Of a stretch of 64,000 nucleotides of DNA, positions 12,286 through 23,389 are shown piece after piece. Below the pieces are notes generated by a model. That model searched no databases and was not told where the DNA came from. It saw nothing but the letters and a program-made list of their open reading frames with translations. Source of the stretch: Octopus sinensis (taxonomy: Eukaryota); assembly GCF_006345805.1 (NCBI RefSeq), contig NC_043017.1, forward strand, positions 33,418,001 through 33,482,000. The letters run 5' to 3'. The first letter of the stretch is position 1. Each line of letters starts with the position of its first letter. A program made the translations under genes and the position numbers.

Positions 12286-13620
12286 GACAGCGAATGCATC
12301 ACGCTGTTGTTTCACTTTTATACACACAGATATACATTCACGCATGTCAGTCGGAAAGTGAAAAGGAAAGTGTAATACTTTAACACTCAATGGTTTTACA
12401 CTTCTGTATTTGACATGGATTTACTATTCATGTAAAGGCTTCTTCATATACTGTGTTTTCTGTCTTGCCATGTTTATCACTGAGAATAAAGAGGTTCTTT
12501 TCATCTCCAACTCTAGAATATCCAACATACAGCTGACTATGTGAGAAGCAATGTTGAAGGAGGTTAAGTCCCACCACATTTGGAGATTGAGCTTGTGCTT
12601 TGTTGATAGACATTGCAAAGCTACGTTTGACAGGAAACTGGAGTCTCTTGAACTGGAAGGGGAGATAATTTGAGATGAGAGGTATCTTTGGAATGAAGAC
12701 ATTCTCACCCATCATGTTGCCTGTAATTATTGTTGCTTCCAACACATGGGGCATGGCTGTTCCACTGGAAAGTCTGGGTGCAACCTTGTTCCATTGCAGA
12801 GTCTGGGTGCATCAAGGATTCTTAATAGCATTATGGGAGCACCTGTTTTCATGATCAGAGTGTGTGGGGGAAATCCTGATAGCTGAAGGGATTTGAGGAA
12901 CTCCACTGGGTAATGCGTTGCCTGTTCTTGATCAGCAACACAGTAAATTGATCAGTATGAACATTCAGGTTCTGGAAGACTGACTTGACCTGACTTGACA
13001 GCATTCACCCGGGGTGGGTTGAGCTGGCTTCATTCATCCTCAATGCTGCATCTCTCACAAACGCCGACCAGGCCTGGTGATTTGAGGCTAACGACCGTGT
13101 GATCTCCAACCACTCCTTATTCCAGCGACGAACACCATAGATATGGGGGCCCACCCGGGGTGGGTTGAGCTGGCTTCATTCATCCTCAATGCTGCATCTC
13201 TCACAAACACCGACCAAACCTGGTGATTTGAGGTTAACGACCGTGTGATCTCCAACCACTCCTTATTCCAGCGGTGAATGCCATAGATATGGGGGACTAC
13301 TTGGGGTGCGTTGAGCTGGCTTCATTCATCCTCAATGATGCATCTCTCCCAAACGCCGACCAGGCCTGGCGATTTGAGGCTAACGACCGCGTGATCTCCA
13401 ACCACTTCCTATTCCAGCCATGAATGCCGTAGATAAGGGGGCCTAGGTTGGGTTCCAGATCAGCCTTGACTGTCATTAGCCAGGTTTTTCGTTGTCCACC
13501 ACATCGCTTTCGCCAACCCTTCCAGGTTCTGGAAGCTGAGACAACAAATTTAGACTCCATTTGTATAGAACATCATTCCTTGGTACCAGAGCTTTAGCTG
13601 TTATTTTTAGCATAACGAGT
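11962..13620 (-). mobile_element. Helitron remnant: PIF1-like helicase C-terminus and 3' terminus
   Basis: Minus translation ...LPEPECSY*SIYCVADQEQATHYPVEFLKSLQLSGFPPHTLIMKTGAPIMLLRILDAPRLCNGTRL... plus ORF 12428-12754 (FKRLQFPVKRSFAMSINKAQAQ...CFSHSQLYVGYSRV). The 3' end is CCGG-GCAACA-CCGG hairpin...CTAG|T at 11962, in a TA tract. Confidence 0.9.
12979..13522 (-). mobile_element. RTE LINE 3' end, triplicated terminal unit, inserted in the Helitron
   Basis: ORF ...KGWRKRCGGQRKTWLMTVKADLE...NRQAWSAFGRDASLRMNEASSTHP; three ~147-bp units; 13-bp TSD CAGGTTCTGGAAG at 12966-12978 and 13523-13535. Confidence 0.85.
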
Positions 13621-14053
13621 TTTCTGGTGAGGGCCTCATTTGCCTTCATTGCCTGTTTGTTGCTTCAGTAGAAATCTACGCATGAACAAACGCACAAAAC
13701 AGAGAAAATGAAACAAATATGAACGACTTGTTCCGAAACACCCCCGAATGGGTACAGTTCTCAAAAATGACCTCCGATTATTTTCCCCCAAAACTTCTAT
13801 GTCCTCGGAATCTACATAGTCGAGGGTATATTTCTTGAGAATTTCATTAAAAAATATCGATTTTCTTGAAAGTTAAGACAAATAGGACTCCGGTGAATAT
13901 TCAGAAATTCCCCACCCCACATCTCCTAAAACACTTACACCCCCCCCGACCCGCCCAAAAATTGTATGTTCAGAATCTTCATGATATAATACATATTCAT
14001 AGAAAACTTCATTAAAAAATATCAAAATTTATGAAAGTCATGATCATACAAAA

Positions 14054-14097
<44 letters not shown>

Positions 14098-14189
14098 TAT
14101 ATGAACACTCTCTGTCTATCTATATATATATACACACACACACATATATATATATATGTATATATATTATATACATATATATATATATA

Positions 14190-14280
14190 TATAAATAGAT
14201 GAGTGTATTTTTACCTTGTTAACAATAACACGGAAAAATAAATGAATAGTTACCAGGGCAGCAAAAACTCCATTTTATAT
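14190..14280 (-). mobile_element. Possible PLE-type 3' terminus with (TA)n tail
   Basis: Short unique segment between TA tracts; on the minus strand TGCTGCCCTGGTAACTATTCATTTATTTTTCC loosely resembles the terminus at 14420-14490. Confidence 0.35.
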
Positions 14281-14331
14281 TCATATATATATATATATTT
14301 ATATATATTTATATATCTTTATATATATATA

Positions 14332-14489
14332 CTTTATTTAAAAGCAGCAGCAAAATTCAACAAAACCTGAAACTCCGAGTAACAGGTTTTGTTGAATTTC
14401 TGCTGCTTTTAAATAAAGCATATTACTCTACCCCTGGTATTTGAGTACTCTTTTTTCCACCTTGTTTCACATTTATGTGTTTACTCCGG

Positions 14490-14490
<1 letters not shown>
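14332..14490 (+). mobile_element. PLE-type terminal remnant: inverted + direct end forming a long hairpin, (TA)n tail
   Basis: Arms 14332-14369 and 14383-14418 are reverse complements except for a 2-nt bulge. The loop region TGAAACTCCGAGTAACAGG looks like an HHR 3' half. TA tracts lie on both sides. Confidence 0.55.
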
Positions 14491-14542
<52 letters not shown>

Positions 14543-14825
14543 CACATATATATATATACATGCACGCATACATAAGTATATATGCATACCCCACATAAAA
14601 ATTAAGTGTTCTGAGCAAACTATACTGCAATAGTTACCATGAGAGAGAGAAACTCCCATATTGTCTTTCGGTGCAAAATGCACTCTTGCTTCTGTCACTA
14701 GTGGAGAGATAAATCCCCATCCCCACACCCAGTGCCAAGAGCACTAGGTCACATGATTTTGACCCTCCTTGGTCTTGTCAATGATGGACACTCGGCCGCC
14801 AGAGATAGCAACTATCCATCTCCTC

Positions 14826-15130
14826 GTCGTCGTTTAACGTCCGTTCTCCATGCTAGCATGGGTTGGACGGTTCGACCGGGATCTGGGAAGCCAGAAGGCT
14901 GCACCAGGCCAGTCTAATTTGGCAATGTTTCTACAGCTGGATGCCCTTCCTAACGCCAACACCACTCCGTGAGTGTAGTGGGTGCTTTTACGTGCCACCT
15001 GCACAGGTGCCAGGCGGGGCTGGCAACGGCCACGGTCAGATTGGTGTATTTTATGTGCCACGGCACGAAGCCAGTCGAGGCGGTGCTGGCATCGGCCACG
15101 AGTCGGATAGTGCTTTTTACGTACCACCAG
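14826..15130 (-). mobile_element. RTE 3'UTR fragment (family D)
   Basis: GGATGCCCTTCCTAACGCCAACCACTCCGTGAGTGTAGTGGGTGCTTTTACGTGCCAC. Confidence 0.85.
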
Positions 15131-16124
15131 ACCAGGGATCCTGGCTGGTTCAATTCGATTTCGATTTCGATTTCATCGGTGATATATAGAATAACAATAC
15201 CAGAACAGGCAATGCTGCTGCAATTAGACAGATTCATTCGATTGTCCATTTATGTAAATTAATGATTGATGTAAATTAGAACGCCAAAATAATTAACAAG
15301 GCATTGTTCAAACTTTACCTAAAAGGACTGTGCTTGTTCCCTTTGCTACTTACATTATTTAAATCATTGAATAATTAGATATTTCTCTGGTTGTTTTACT
15401 TTCTTCAAGCTTTGCTACTCCCAAGTCAGTCCACTGTTGTTATCAATCTTGTGAGTGTGTTCACTGAACCTTGCTAGAAATGGTAACCAATCAAATCCCC
15501 ACCGACGTGATCTTAAAAGAAGCAATACATTGGCTCAGTTGATCCCTGATGCTCTTGAAAAGACAGAAAAGGTATGCCTGAAATGCCTCTGATTATAGGT
15601 TTATGTGAGCAAGGTTTGACCTGGACTTAAACAACAGAAGGAACAACATTAATCATCACACCACCAGCACCACCACTACATACACCATCATCACCACCAT
15701 CACTAACACTAGCAATGGAATTAACATCACCACTATCACCACCAACATCACCAACACTGCCACCACCACCACCACTGCCACCATAAACCTACCACTGCCA
15801 TTTCCACCATAATCTCCACTACATACACCACCACCACAACCACTAACAACACCATCACTGCTACCACCACCATCACCACCACCACCAGCACCACCAACAA
15901 GTACCGCTATTACTAAATCAAATAAATTCCATAAATTGAACATGCCAGATAACAGCACATCAAGTACAATATTTTAGCTTATACTAATAGAATTGGATAA
16001 TTGGTATGTCAGTCTCACTGACTCTCTTCTATTCACACCAGTCACTTCCTTGTAATGGACAAATCAACAGATATGTGTGTATATATGGGATCCTGCTTGC
16101 TTGTGTGTGTGTATATATATATAT

Positions 16125-16390
16125 ATCATCATCATCATCATCGTTTAACGTCCGTTTTCTGTACTAGCATGGGTTGGACGGTACGACCGGGGTCTGGGAG
16201 GCCAGAAGGCTGCACCAGGCTCCAGTCTGGTCTGGCAGTGTTTCTACAGCTGGATGCCCTCCTAATGCCAACCACTCCGTGAGGGTAGTGGATGATTTTT
16301 ATGTTCCACCGGCACAGGTGCCAGGCAAGGCTGCCAACAGCCACAATTGGTTGGTACTTTTTATGTTCCACCGGCACAGAAGCCAGTCAA
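16125..16390 (-). mobile_element. RTE 3'UTR fragment (family D)
   Basis: (CAT)n followed by CGTTTAACGTCCGTTTTC...GGATGCCCTCCTAATGCCAACCACTCC. Confidence 0.85.
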
Positions 16391-16401
16391 GGCGATATAT
16401 G

Positions 16402-16440
<39 letters not shown>

Positions 16441-16473
16441 TAATCAAAATAAAAACATGATGCCAAGGATTCA

Positions 16474-16551
16474 GCGGTACATATGTTTCGGGCCTTTATT
16501 AGACGGATTTATAACAATGCATAATGTGTGTCTGTGGCCTTCTTCAGCCGC
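16474..16551 (-). ncRNA. Type I hammerhead ribozyme motif (canonical core) in a short (TA)n-tailed element (~16438-16640)
   Basis: Minus strand: GCGG CUGAAGA A GGCC..(AGAC..GUCU)..GGCC C GAA ACAUAUGU A CCGC. Stem I GCGG/CCGC, stem II GGCC/GGCC, palindromic stem III ACAUAUGU, GUA cleavage triplet. Confidence 0.8.
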
Positions 16552-16903
16552 GCACATCTACTACCTCAAGGACATGTATTACATCAAAAATTCTACGTTG
16601 GGGTTGCAAATCCTCTCATTCACGTACGACATGATGCGGCAACAGCATAAAAATGTATATATATATACATATGATTTATTCACTCTCTTCCCCATGCTCA
16701 CTTTATCTTGAGTTAACCCTATTTACCCCTTTTCATGTTTCTTGCTTGTGAAGGAGTAAAATTTTGTGTATGTGTGTGTTTGTACATGAGCGCTTTTGAT
16801 TTGTACTTATTACAGCAGTGTACATTTTTTGTGCAGGATTGTTAGTTGTGTGTGTGCACTTGTTTGAGTGTTTATATTGCAATGTGCTGTCTGATGTGTA
16901 CAC

Positions 16904-16942
<39 letters not shown>

Positions 16943-17319
16943 GGAGAGAGAGAGAGAGAATGAGTGAATAAATGATCTACAGACTTTTCTACATACTTTG
17001 ACGTTTGGAATATGTAACACAGGTCTTAGAACAAGGTGAAACCTGGAATAGCAGGAATCTAGCAATGGTCTACTTTGAAACAATAAATCAACAAAGAGAG
17101 TTCGTGAAATGGTGAATAAAATCAATGGCCATGGGCGGTAGAAAGAAAGTCTAGCAAATATCTCAAACATTAAACTTTCTACAGCTCATGGCAGTTTATT
17201 ATACATTCTACAAACTATTAATTATTTTGGGAGGGGTCAGGAGTGAAATTTAGAATAGCAGGTCCTTCTTACAAATAATCTGAATTTCAGGGAGTAACTC
17301 TGTTTCTCTTCATGTTTAA

Positions 17320-17552
17320 CCCTTAAATATTCAGATAATTCTGTAATATGTTTATTAATTCATATTGCCTTGAATTAATCATACATTATAGGCATAGGAG
17401 TGGCTGTGTGATAAGTAGCTTGCTTACCAACCACATGGTTCTGGGTTCAGTCCCTCTGCGTGGCACCTTGGGCAAGTGTCTTCTACTATAGCCTCAGGCC
17501 GACCAAAGCCTTGTGAGTGGATTTGGTAGACGGAAACTGAAAGAAGCCCATC

Positions 17553-17604
<52 letters not shown>

Positions 17605-17955
17605 ATGTTTTTGTGTCTGTGTTTGTATCCCCAACATCGCTTGACAACCGATGCTGGTGTGTTTACGTCCCCGTAACTAAGCGGTTCGGCAAAAGAGACC
17701 GATAGGATAAGTACTAGGCTTACTAAGAATAAGTCCTGGGGTCGATTTGCTCGACTAAAGGCGGTGCTCCAGCATGGCCACAGTCACATGACTGAAACAA
17801 GTAAAAGAGTATCTCATAACTTTGAGATTTTGATGATGTGGCTGCATACATTTACAATGACAATGTTCGGTTGGTATGAGAGGCTGGATCTGGCCACTTT
17901 GAACCTAAAACAGGTAAAATATTTGGACCTGATATGACTGGTATAAAGCTTACGG
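17320..17955 (+). mobile_element. piggyBac-type TTAA MITE interrupted by SINE-A (17389-17810, +)
   Basis: TTAA|CCCTT... and ...GG|TTAA ends; the body is homologous to 41699-41918; a second partial copy starts at 17960 sharing the TTAA. Confidence 0.7.
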
Positions 17956-18109
17956 TTAACCTTAAGCTTCAAAGGTTACTCTCTCAAATATAATGCTTAT
18001 TAATTCACATTATTTTGTATTAATCAGGCATTAGCTCAAAGCTTTGAGATTTTGATGAAGTAACATTGTAGGACAAGTGTAAGAGGCCAAGATCTGGCCA
18101 GTTTGCAAA

Positions 18110-18300
18110 AAAAAGGACAGACAAATGGATTAAATCGATTATATCAACCCCAGTGCGTAACTGGTACTTAATTTATCGACCCCGAAAGGATGGAAGGCAA
18201 AGTCGACCTCGGCAGAATTTGAACACAGAATGTAACGGCAGACGAAATACTGCTAAGCATTTTGCCCAGCGTACTAACGATTCTGCCAGCTCGCCACCTT
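18110..18300 (-). mobile_element. SINE-B
   Basis: CGACCCCGAAAGGATGGAAGGCAAAGTCGACCTCGGC...GCCAGCTCGCC. Confidence 0.85.
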
Positions 18301-18552
18301 TATGACATAACCATCGTTGTACTTGTGTGTGTGTGTGTGTGTGCATGCGCATGCACGTGCGTATGTGCATATATTTATGTTTGTCAGTGTAGCTGTGCTT
18401 GAGAATGTAAAAACTTTCGTATCAAAAATACTTGTAGTATTTTAATCAATGTTGTTTGCCGTATGAATGAATTTTCTCTTTGTCTTCATTGCCAATTAAT
18501 GACATAAGTACCAGTCAATAATATATCGGTGCAGTTTATCTAGTACAATTTA

Positions 18553-19978
18553 TTGGGTTGGACGAAAAAAGTCCATTCAGTTTTTTTTTAAGCAAAAACA
18601 AGACACAAGATTTAAAAAAACTAAGTGATTTTTTTTCAATCAGTGATATAACTGCTCTTTCATTCCAGTATTTCCTGCCATCTTCTAGAAAGATCCATTA
18701 TTTCCTACTCAAAGACGTTCAAGTTTTACTGGTGGAAAACTCTTCCACCAGGAGAATTTTTAGATCCTATTCAGAGTTGAAGATCTGTCCAGTCAATGAA
18801 TTTTGAAGGGACCAAAACAGGTGGAAATCTTTAAGGTACAACAAGGGTGGCCAAGTACAAAGGCTGTGGCAAAACTTCCCAGCCAAGTGCAAGTAACTTC
18901 TGCATTTGTTAAAGACTGCTGTTTGACATTGCCATTATGAAAGACAGTATCCTTATAATTAGCAAGTACTGGATGCTGTTTATAAATCACTGTCCAGTTA
19001 GTCACAGTTTGAATATGAACTGATGGTCCTGTCTGTGCAAAGAAACTCATAAAAGGCAACATCCTTCCAATCCTATTTCTTTATTACCCACAAGGGGCTA
19101 AACAGAAAGGGGACATACAAGGACAGACAAACGGATTAAGTCAATTAGATCGACCCCAGTGCGTAACTGGTACTTATTCAATCGACCCCGAAAGGATGAA
19201 AGGCAATGTCGACCTTGGCAGAATTTGAACTCAGAACGTAACGGCAGACGAAATACCTATTTCTTTACTACCCACAAGGGGCTAAACACAGAGGGGACAA
19301 ACAAGGACAGACAAACAGATTAAGTCAATTAGATCGACCACAGTGCATGACTGGTACTTATTTAATCGACCCCGAAAGGATGAAAGGCAAAGTCGCCTCG
19401 GCGGAATTTGAATTCAGAACGTAGCGACAGACGAAATACGGCTATGCATTTCACTCGGCGTTTCTGCCAGCTCACCGCCCTTCCAATCCTACCAAACTAA
19501 AAACACAACCATCTTCAGGTAAAGTTCTGCTTTGCAAGTTGTTTGTGGTGGTTTGCCATACTCCCCACCTCTCTCCATATTTGTCTGCACTTCAAATTGT
19601 TAGAGACAATCCATTTTTCATTCCTTGTTACCATTCTCTTCAATGAAAGATTGTGTTCTTCATTCATTGGTAGAATGAAATCTATTCAGAAGGAAATCCA
19701 TTGGGTGAGGCCGGCTTCATTCAATTGATGTGGGACCCAATTATTGAGCCAGTTGATGTAACCAAATTGATGCAGATGGCTTCCAACACCCAATTTCAAT
19801 ATTTGGAGAATATCTGTGATCATAGTGGTTGTATAATGGGGTTACCGTTGACATTTTGAAGGCATTTATCTCAAATAGCCGGCCAGAGTGAGGTGCACCT
19901 TGAAATATTTCCTTTTTGAAATTTTGAAAACCACTATTGGCACACACATTTCATACCAACATCCTCTCCATACATCAT
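18553..19978 (-). mobile_element. Decayed mariner transposon
   Basis: TA|TTGGGTTGG TIR start. Frameshifted minus translation includes VYGEDV, QKLLALGWEVLPQP and IMDLSRRWQEIL, all typical mariner transposase blocks. Confidence 0.8.
19076..19478 (-). mobile_element. SINE-B internal dimer inserted in mariner
   Basis: Two core units followed by one head; 13-bp TSD CCTTCCAATCCTA at 19063-19075 and 19479-19491. Confidence 0.9.
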
Positions 19979-20202
19979 TATCGTCATCAAACAGCTGCGT
20001 TCCATGCTGACATGGGTTAGAATGTTTGACAGGAACCATCCAAGTAGAAGACGATACCAGATTACTGTGTCGGTCTGTTTTGGTATGGTTTTTATGGCTG
20101 GATGCCTTTCCTAATACCAACCACTCTGCAGAGAGGAGTAAGTGTTTTTTACATGGTACCAGCACAGGTAAGGTCAGTTTGGGAATGGTTTCTACAACTG
20201 GT

Positions 20203-20440
20203 TAAGGCGGCGAGCTGGCAGAAACATAAGCATGGCGGACGAAATGCTTAGTGGCATTTCATCTGCTGCTACATTCTGAGTTCAAATTCTGCCAAGGTCG
20301 ACTTTGCTTTCATCCTTTCGGGGTTGATTAAATAAGTACCAGTTACACACTGGGGTTGATATAATCGACTTAATCCGTGTGTCTGTCCTTGTTTGTCCCC
20401 TCTATGTTTAGCCCCTTGTGGGTAGTAAAGAAATAGGTTT
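20203..20440 (+). mobile_element. SINE-B, full length
   Basis: AAGGCGGCGAGCTGGCAGAAAC...GGGTAGTAAAGAAATAGG. Confidence 0.9.
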
Positions 20441-20474
20441 CCACAGCTCTTCCAAATGCCTACCACTTCGTGCA

Positions 20475-20580
20475 ATGGATGTCATGTTTTTCTTATTTTC
20501 TCATTGGCCTGCGTCCTTGTTTTTAAAATATATATAATGCAAAAACAGTGCCTGAAAGATTGCTTAGAGATACAGGGCAT

Positions 20581-20583
<3 letters not shown>
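20475..20583 (+). repeat. Short (TA)n-tailed terminus homologous to 26430-26752
   Basis: ATGGATGTC.TGTTTTTCTTA.TTTCTCATTGGCC.GCGTCCTTGTTTTTAAAATATATAT...TGCCTGAAAGATTGC.TAGAGAT.CAGGGCATCAA(TA)n occurs at both sites. Confidence 0.75.
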
Positions 20584-20615
<32 letters not shown>

Positions 20616-20649
20616 CCATGCTCCAGCATGACCGCAGTCTAATGACTGA

Positions 20650-20940
20650 AACAAGTAATGCCAACCACTTCACAGTGTGAAATGAATGATTTTATGTGAC
20701 AACAGCACCAAGATGGCCACATACCTTCACTTCACTCTATGTCACTTTCTTGCCTTTTTTAAAATCAAATAACATGAGGTGTCGATAATGTTTGTTTTGG
20801 TACTTCATTTTCAGGGCACAAGTTCATATCAAACTGCATTTAAGTGTCAAGTATCAAATTGGTGTGCATGTACAAGGCACAGACTGAAATTAGCTACTTA
20901 TTAGAGTAAAAAGAAATTAAATTTTGACAAAAACCAAATA
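20650..20940 (-). mobile_element. Mariner 5' end / transposase N-terminus remnant
   Basis: Minus translation MKYQNKHYRHLMLFDFKKGKKV resembles the mariner N-terminal HTH start (consensus-like M.YQK.HFRH.LLF.F.KG). Confidence 0.5.
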
Positions 20941-21239
20941 AACTTTTTGACCACATCAGTATTAATGTTGTAACTAATTTAGTAGTTTATATTTTAATTC
21001 ATTAGATTAATTAATTAGATAGTTTCTGTAGTTATAAATACTATCGTATGTAATTGATTGAATTTAATTACATAAAAAACATTTATTTTGAAATTAATTA
21101 ATTGATTTTACTTCTGTTGCTTACATTTTTGTAGAGTCAACTTCAGTATAATTTGGCAACAAAACATAATACTTGACAACCGGTGTTGGTCCGTTTATGT
21201 CCCAGTAATCTAGTGGTTCAGTAAATATATATATTTATA

Positions 21240-21520
21240 TTGGCCGTTGCCAGCGCCACCTCAACTGGCCTCCGTGCCGGTGGCATGTAAAAGGCACCAA
21301 CTGATTGTGGCCGTTGCCAGCCTTGCCTAGCACCTGTGCTGGTGGCACGTAAAAAGCACCCACTACACTTACGGAGTGGTTGGCGTTAGGAAGGGCATCC
21401 AGCTGTAGAAACACTGCCAGATCAGACTGGAGCCTGGCGCAGCCTCCTGGCTTCCCAGACCCCGGTCGAACCGTCCAACTCATGCTAGCATGGAAAGCAG
21501 ACGTTAAACGATGATGATGA
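21240..21520 (+). mobile_element. RTE 3'UTR fragment (family D)
   Basis: Same diagnostic core and (GAT)n tail. Confidence 0.85.
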
Positions 21521-22399
21521 TGATGATGATGTATGTGTGTATGTGTGTGTGTGTGTCTAAAGGGCTTCTGCACAATTTCTACCAAATAAATTTCACTCAA
21601 AAATCATAAAATCATGAAGCTATGGTACAGATATTTTTCTAAGTTCATAATAAGTGGAATTGAACCTAGAACCATTTGGTTGAGAAGTGAAATCCCCAGC
21701 CCTAAAGCTACGTCGTTGTCGTGAATGTATTACAATGCACAGCTCTAAGATATTTTTTCTTTTTTCTATCTGACATGACTTGAATAATTTTATCTTTTGA
21801 CTCATCCAAGTGAAAACAAAACTTTATCAAAAGACTTACTTGGGGATTTGACTGTTACCGATGAAGCTTTTGTTGTTCGCTGATAGTTAAGTTAATTTCC
21901 TCTTACTATGTCAATTATCATTCACTAATCTTTAACTAACAATTACCATTATTCTAAAGATTCTGTACAGTGCTCGAATTGATTATTTTTGGACATTTAA
22001 TAAACATCTCTTGAGCCAAGAAGGCAGCAAGCCAGGCTAAATATTGCAATAACAATCTATAGAAAGGCCAGTTACCTACACCAGACAAACAACAGGTGTT
22101 GACTATTGTTACAAACTTAGCAGCCAAGATGAATTGGAAAAAGATTAAAAGAAAAGAGAGACTAAACATAATAAATATTTATTTTGACCAGACAAGTGGA
22201 CAAAAAGGTTGCAAGGTTAAGAAGTTCATCTTCCAAACCATCTGTCTGGTTCGACTGTGTAAATCCTTGGGCAAATGCCTTCTGCTTGGTTTTTACCAAC
22301 CAGCTTCTACCTTAGATTTGTTGTTGTAAGGGAATGTTCCCGAGTAGAAACTGGGCATGATTTGTGTAGGTGTGTATGTGTGCCAAGCATGTAAGTGTC

Positions 22400-22452
22400 T
22401 GTTTATCTATCTATCTGTCTGTCTGTCTGACTATCTGTCTGTCTATTCATCC

Positions 22453-22491
<39 letters not shown>

Positions 22492-22542
22492 ATCTATCTA
22501 TCTATCTATCTATCTATCTACCTACCCATCTATCTATCTATC

Positions 22543-22573
<31 letters not shown>

Positions 22574-22757
22574 CTATCTATATATCTCTCTATCTATCTC
22601 TCTCTCTCTTTATCTATCTATCTAACTATCTATCTATGTCTCTCTCTATCTATCTATCTATCTATCTATCTATTTATCTATCTATCTAACTATCTATCTA
22701 TGTCTCTCTCTATCTATCTATCTATCTATCTATCTATTTATCTATCTATCTATCTAA

Positions 22758-22794
<37 letters not shown>

Positions 22795-22848
22795 ATCTAT
22801 CTATCTATCTATCTATCTTCTATCTACCTACCCATCTATCTATCTATC

Positions 22849-22879
<31 letters not shown>

Positions 22880-23018
22880 CTATCTATATATCTCTCTATC
22901 TATCTCTCTCTCTCTTTATCTATCTATCTATCTAACTATCTATCTATGTCTCTCTCTATCTATCTATCTATCTATCTATCTATTTATCTATCTATCTAAC
23001 TATCTATCTATGTCTCTC

Positions 23019-23051
<33 letters not shown>

Positions 23052-23067
23052 TTATCTATCTATCTAA

Positions 23068-23114
<47 letters not shown>

Positions 23115-23170
23115 CCTATCTATCTGGTTGTCTGTCTGTCTGTCTATCTATCCATCTATCTATTTATTCC
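22400..23170. repeat. (TATC)n array with a ~300-bp higher-order duplication
   Basis: Variant blocks (CCTACCCATC, TATATCTCTC, CTAACTATC, TATGTCTCTCTC) recur in the same order at about 22510 and 22815. Confidence 0.9.
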
Positions 23171-23389
23171 TCCATCTATCTGTCTGCATCAGTTATTGAC
23201 TTCATCTCATGTCTAAAACTTTAGTTTCCTCCATGCTGAATGCTTCCTTCATGGTGACGTGTTGGTGACAATATAGACCCATTCTTTCATAGAAGAGTTG
23301 ATGTCATTCTCTTCATAATAATGTTGGTTGAGGACAAGATTGATTTTGTCAAGCCTTTCACTCCTGCTGTTTGATTTCTTTCTTTTCTC

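Noticed and set aside
13620-14050. Possible 5' part of the Helitron
   Set aside because: No clear 5' TC terminus identified; left unassigned.
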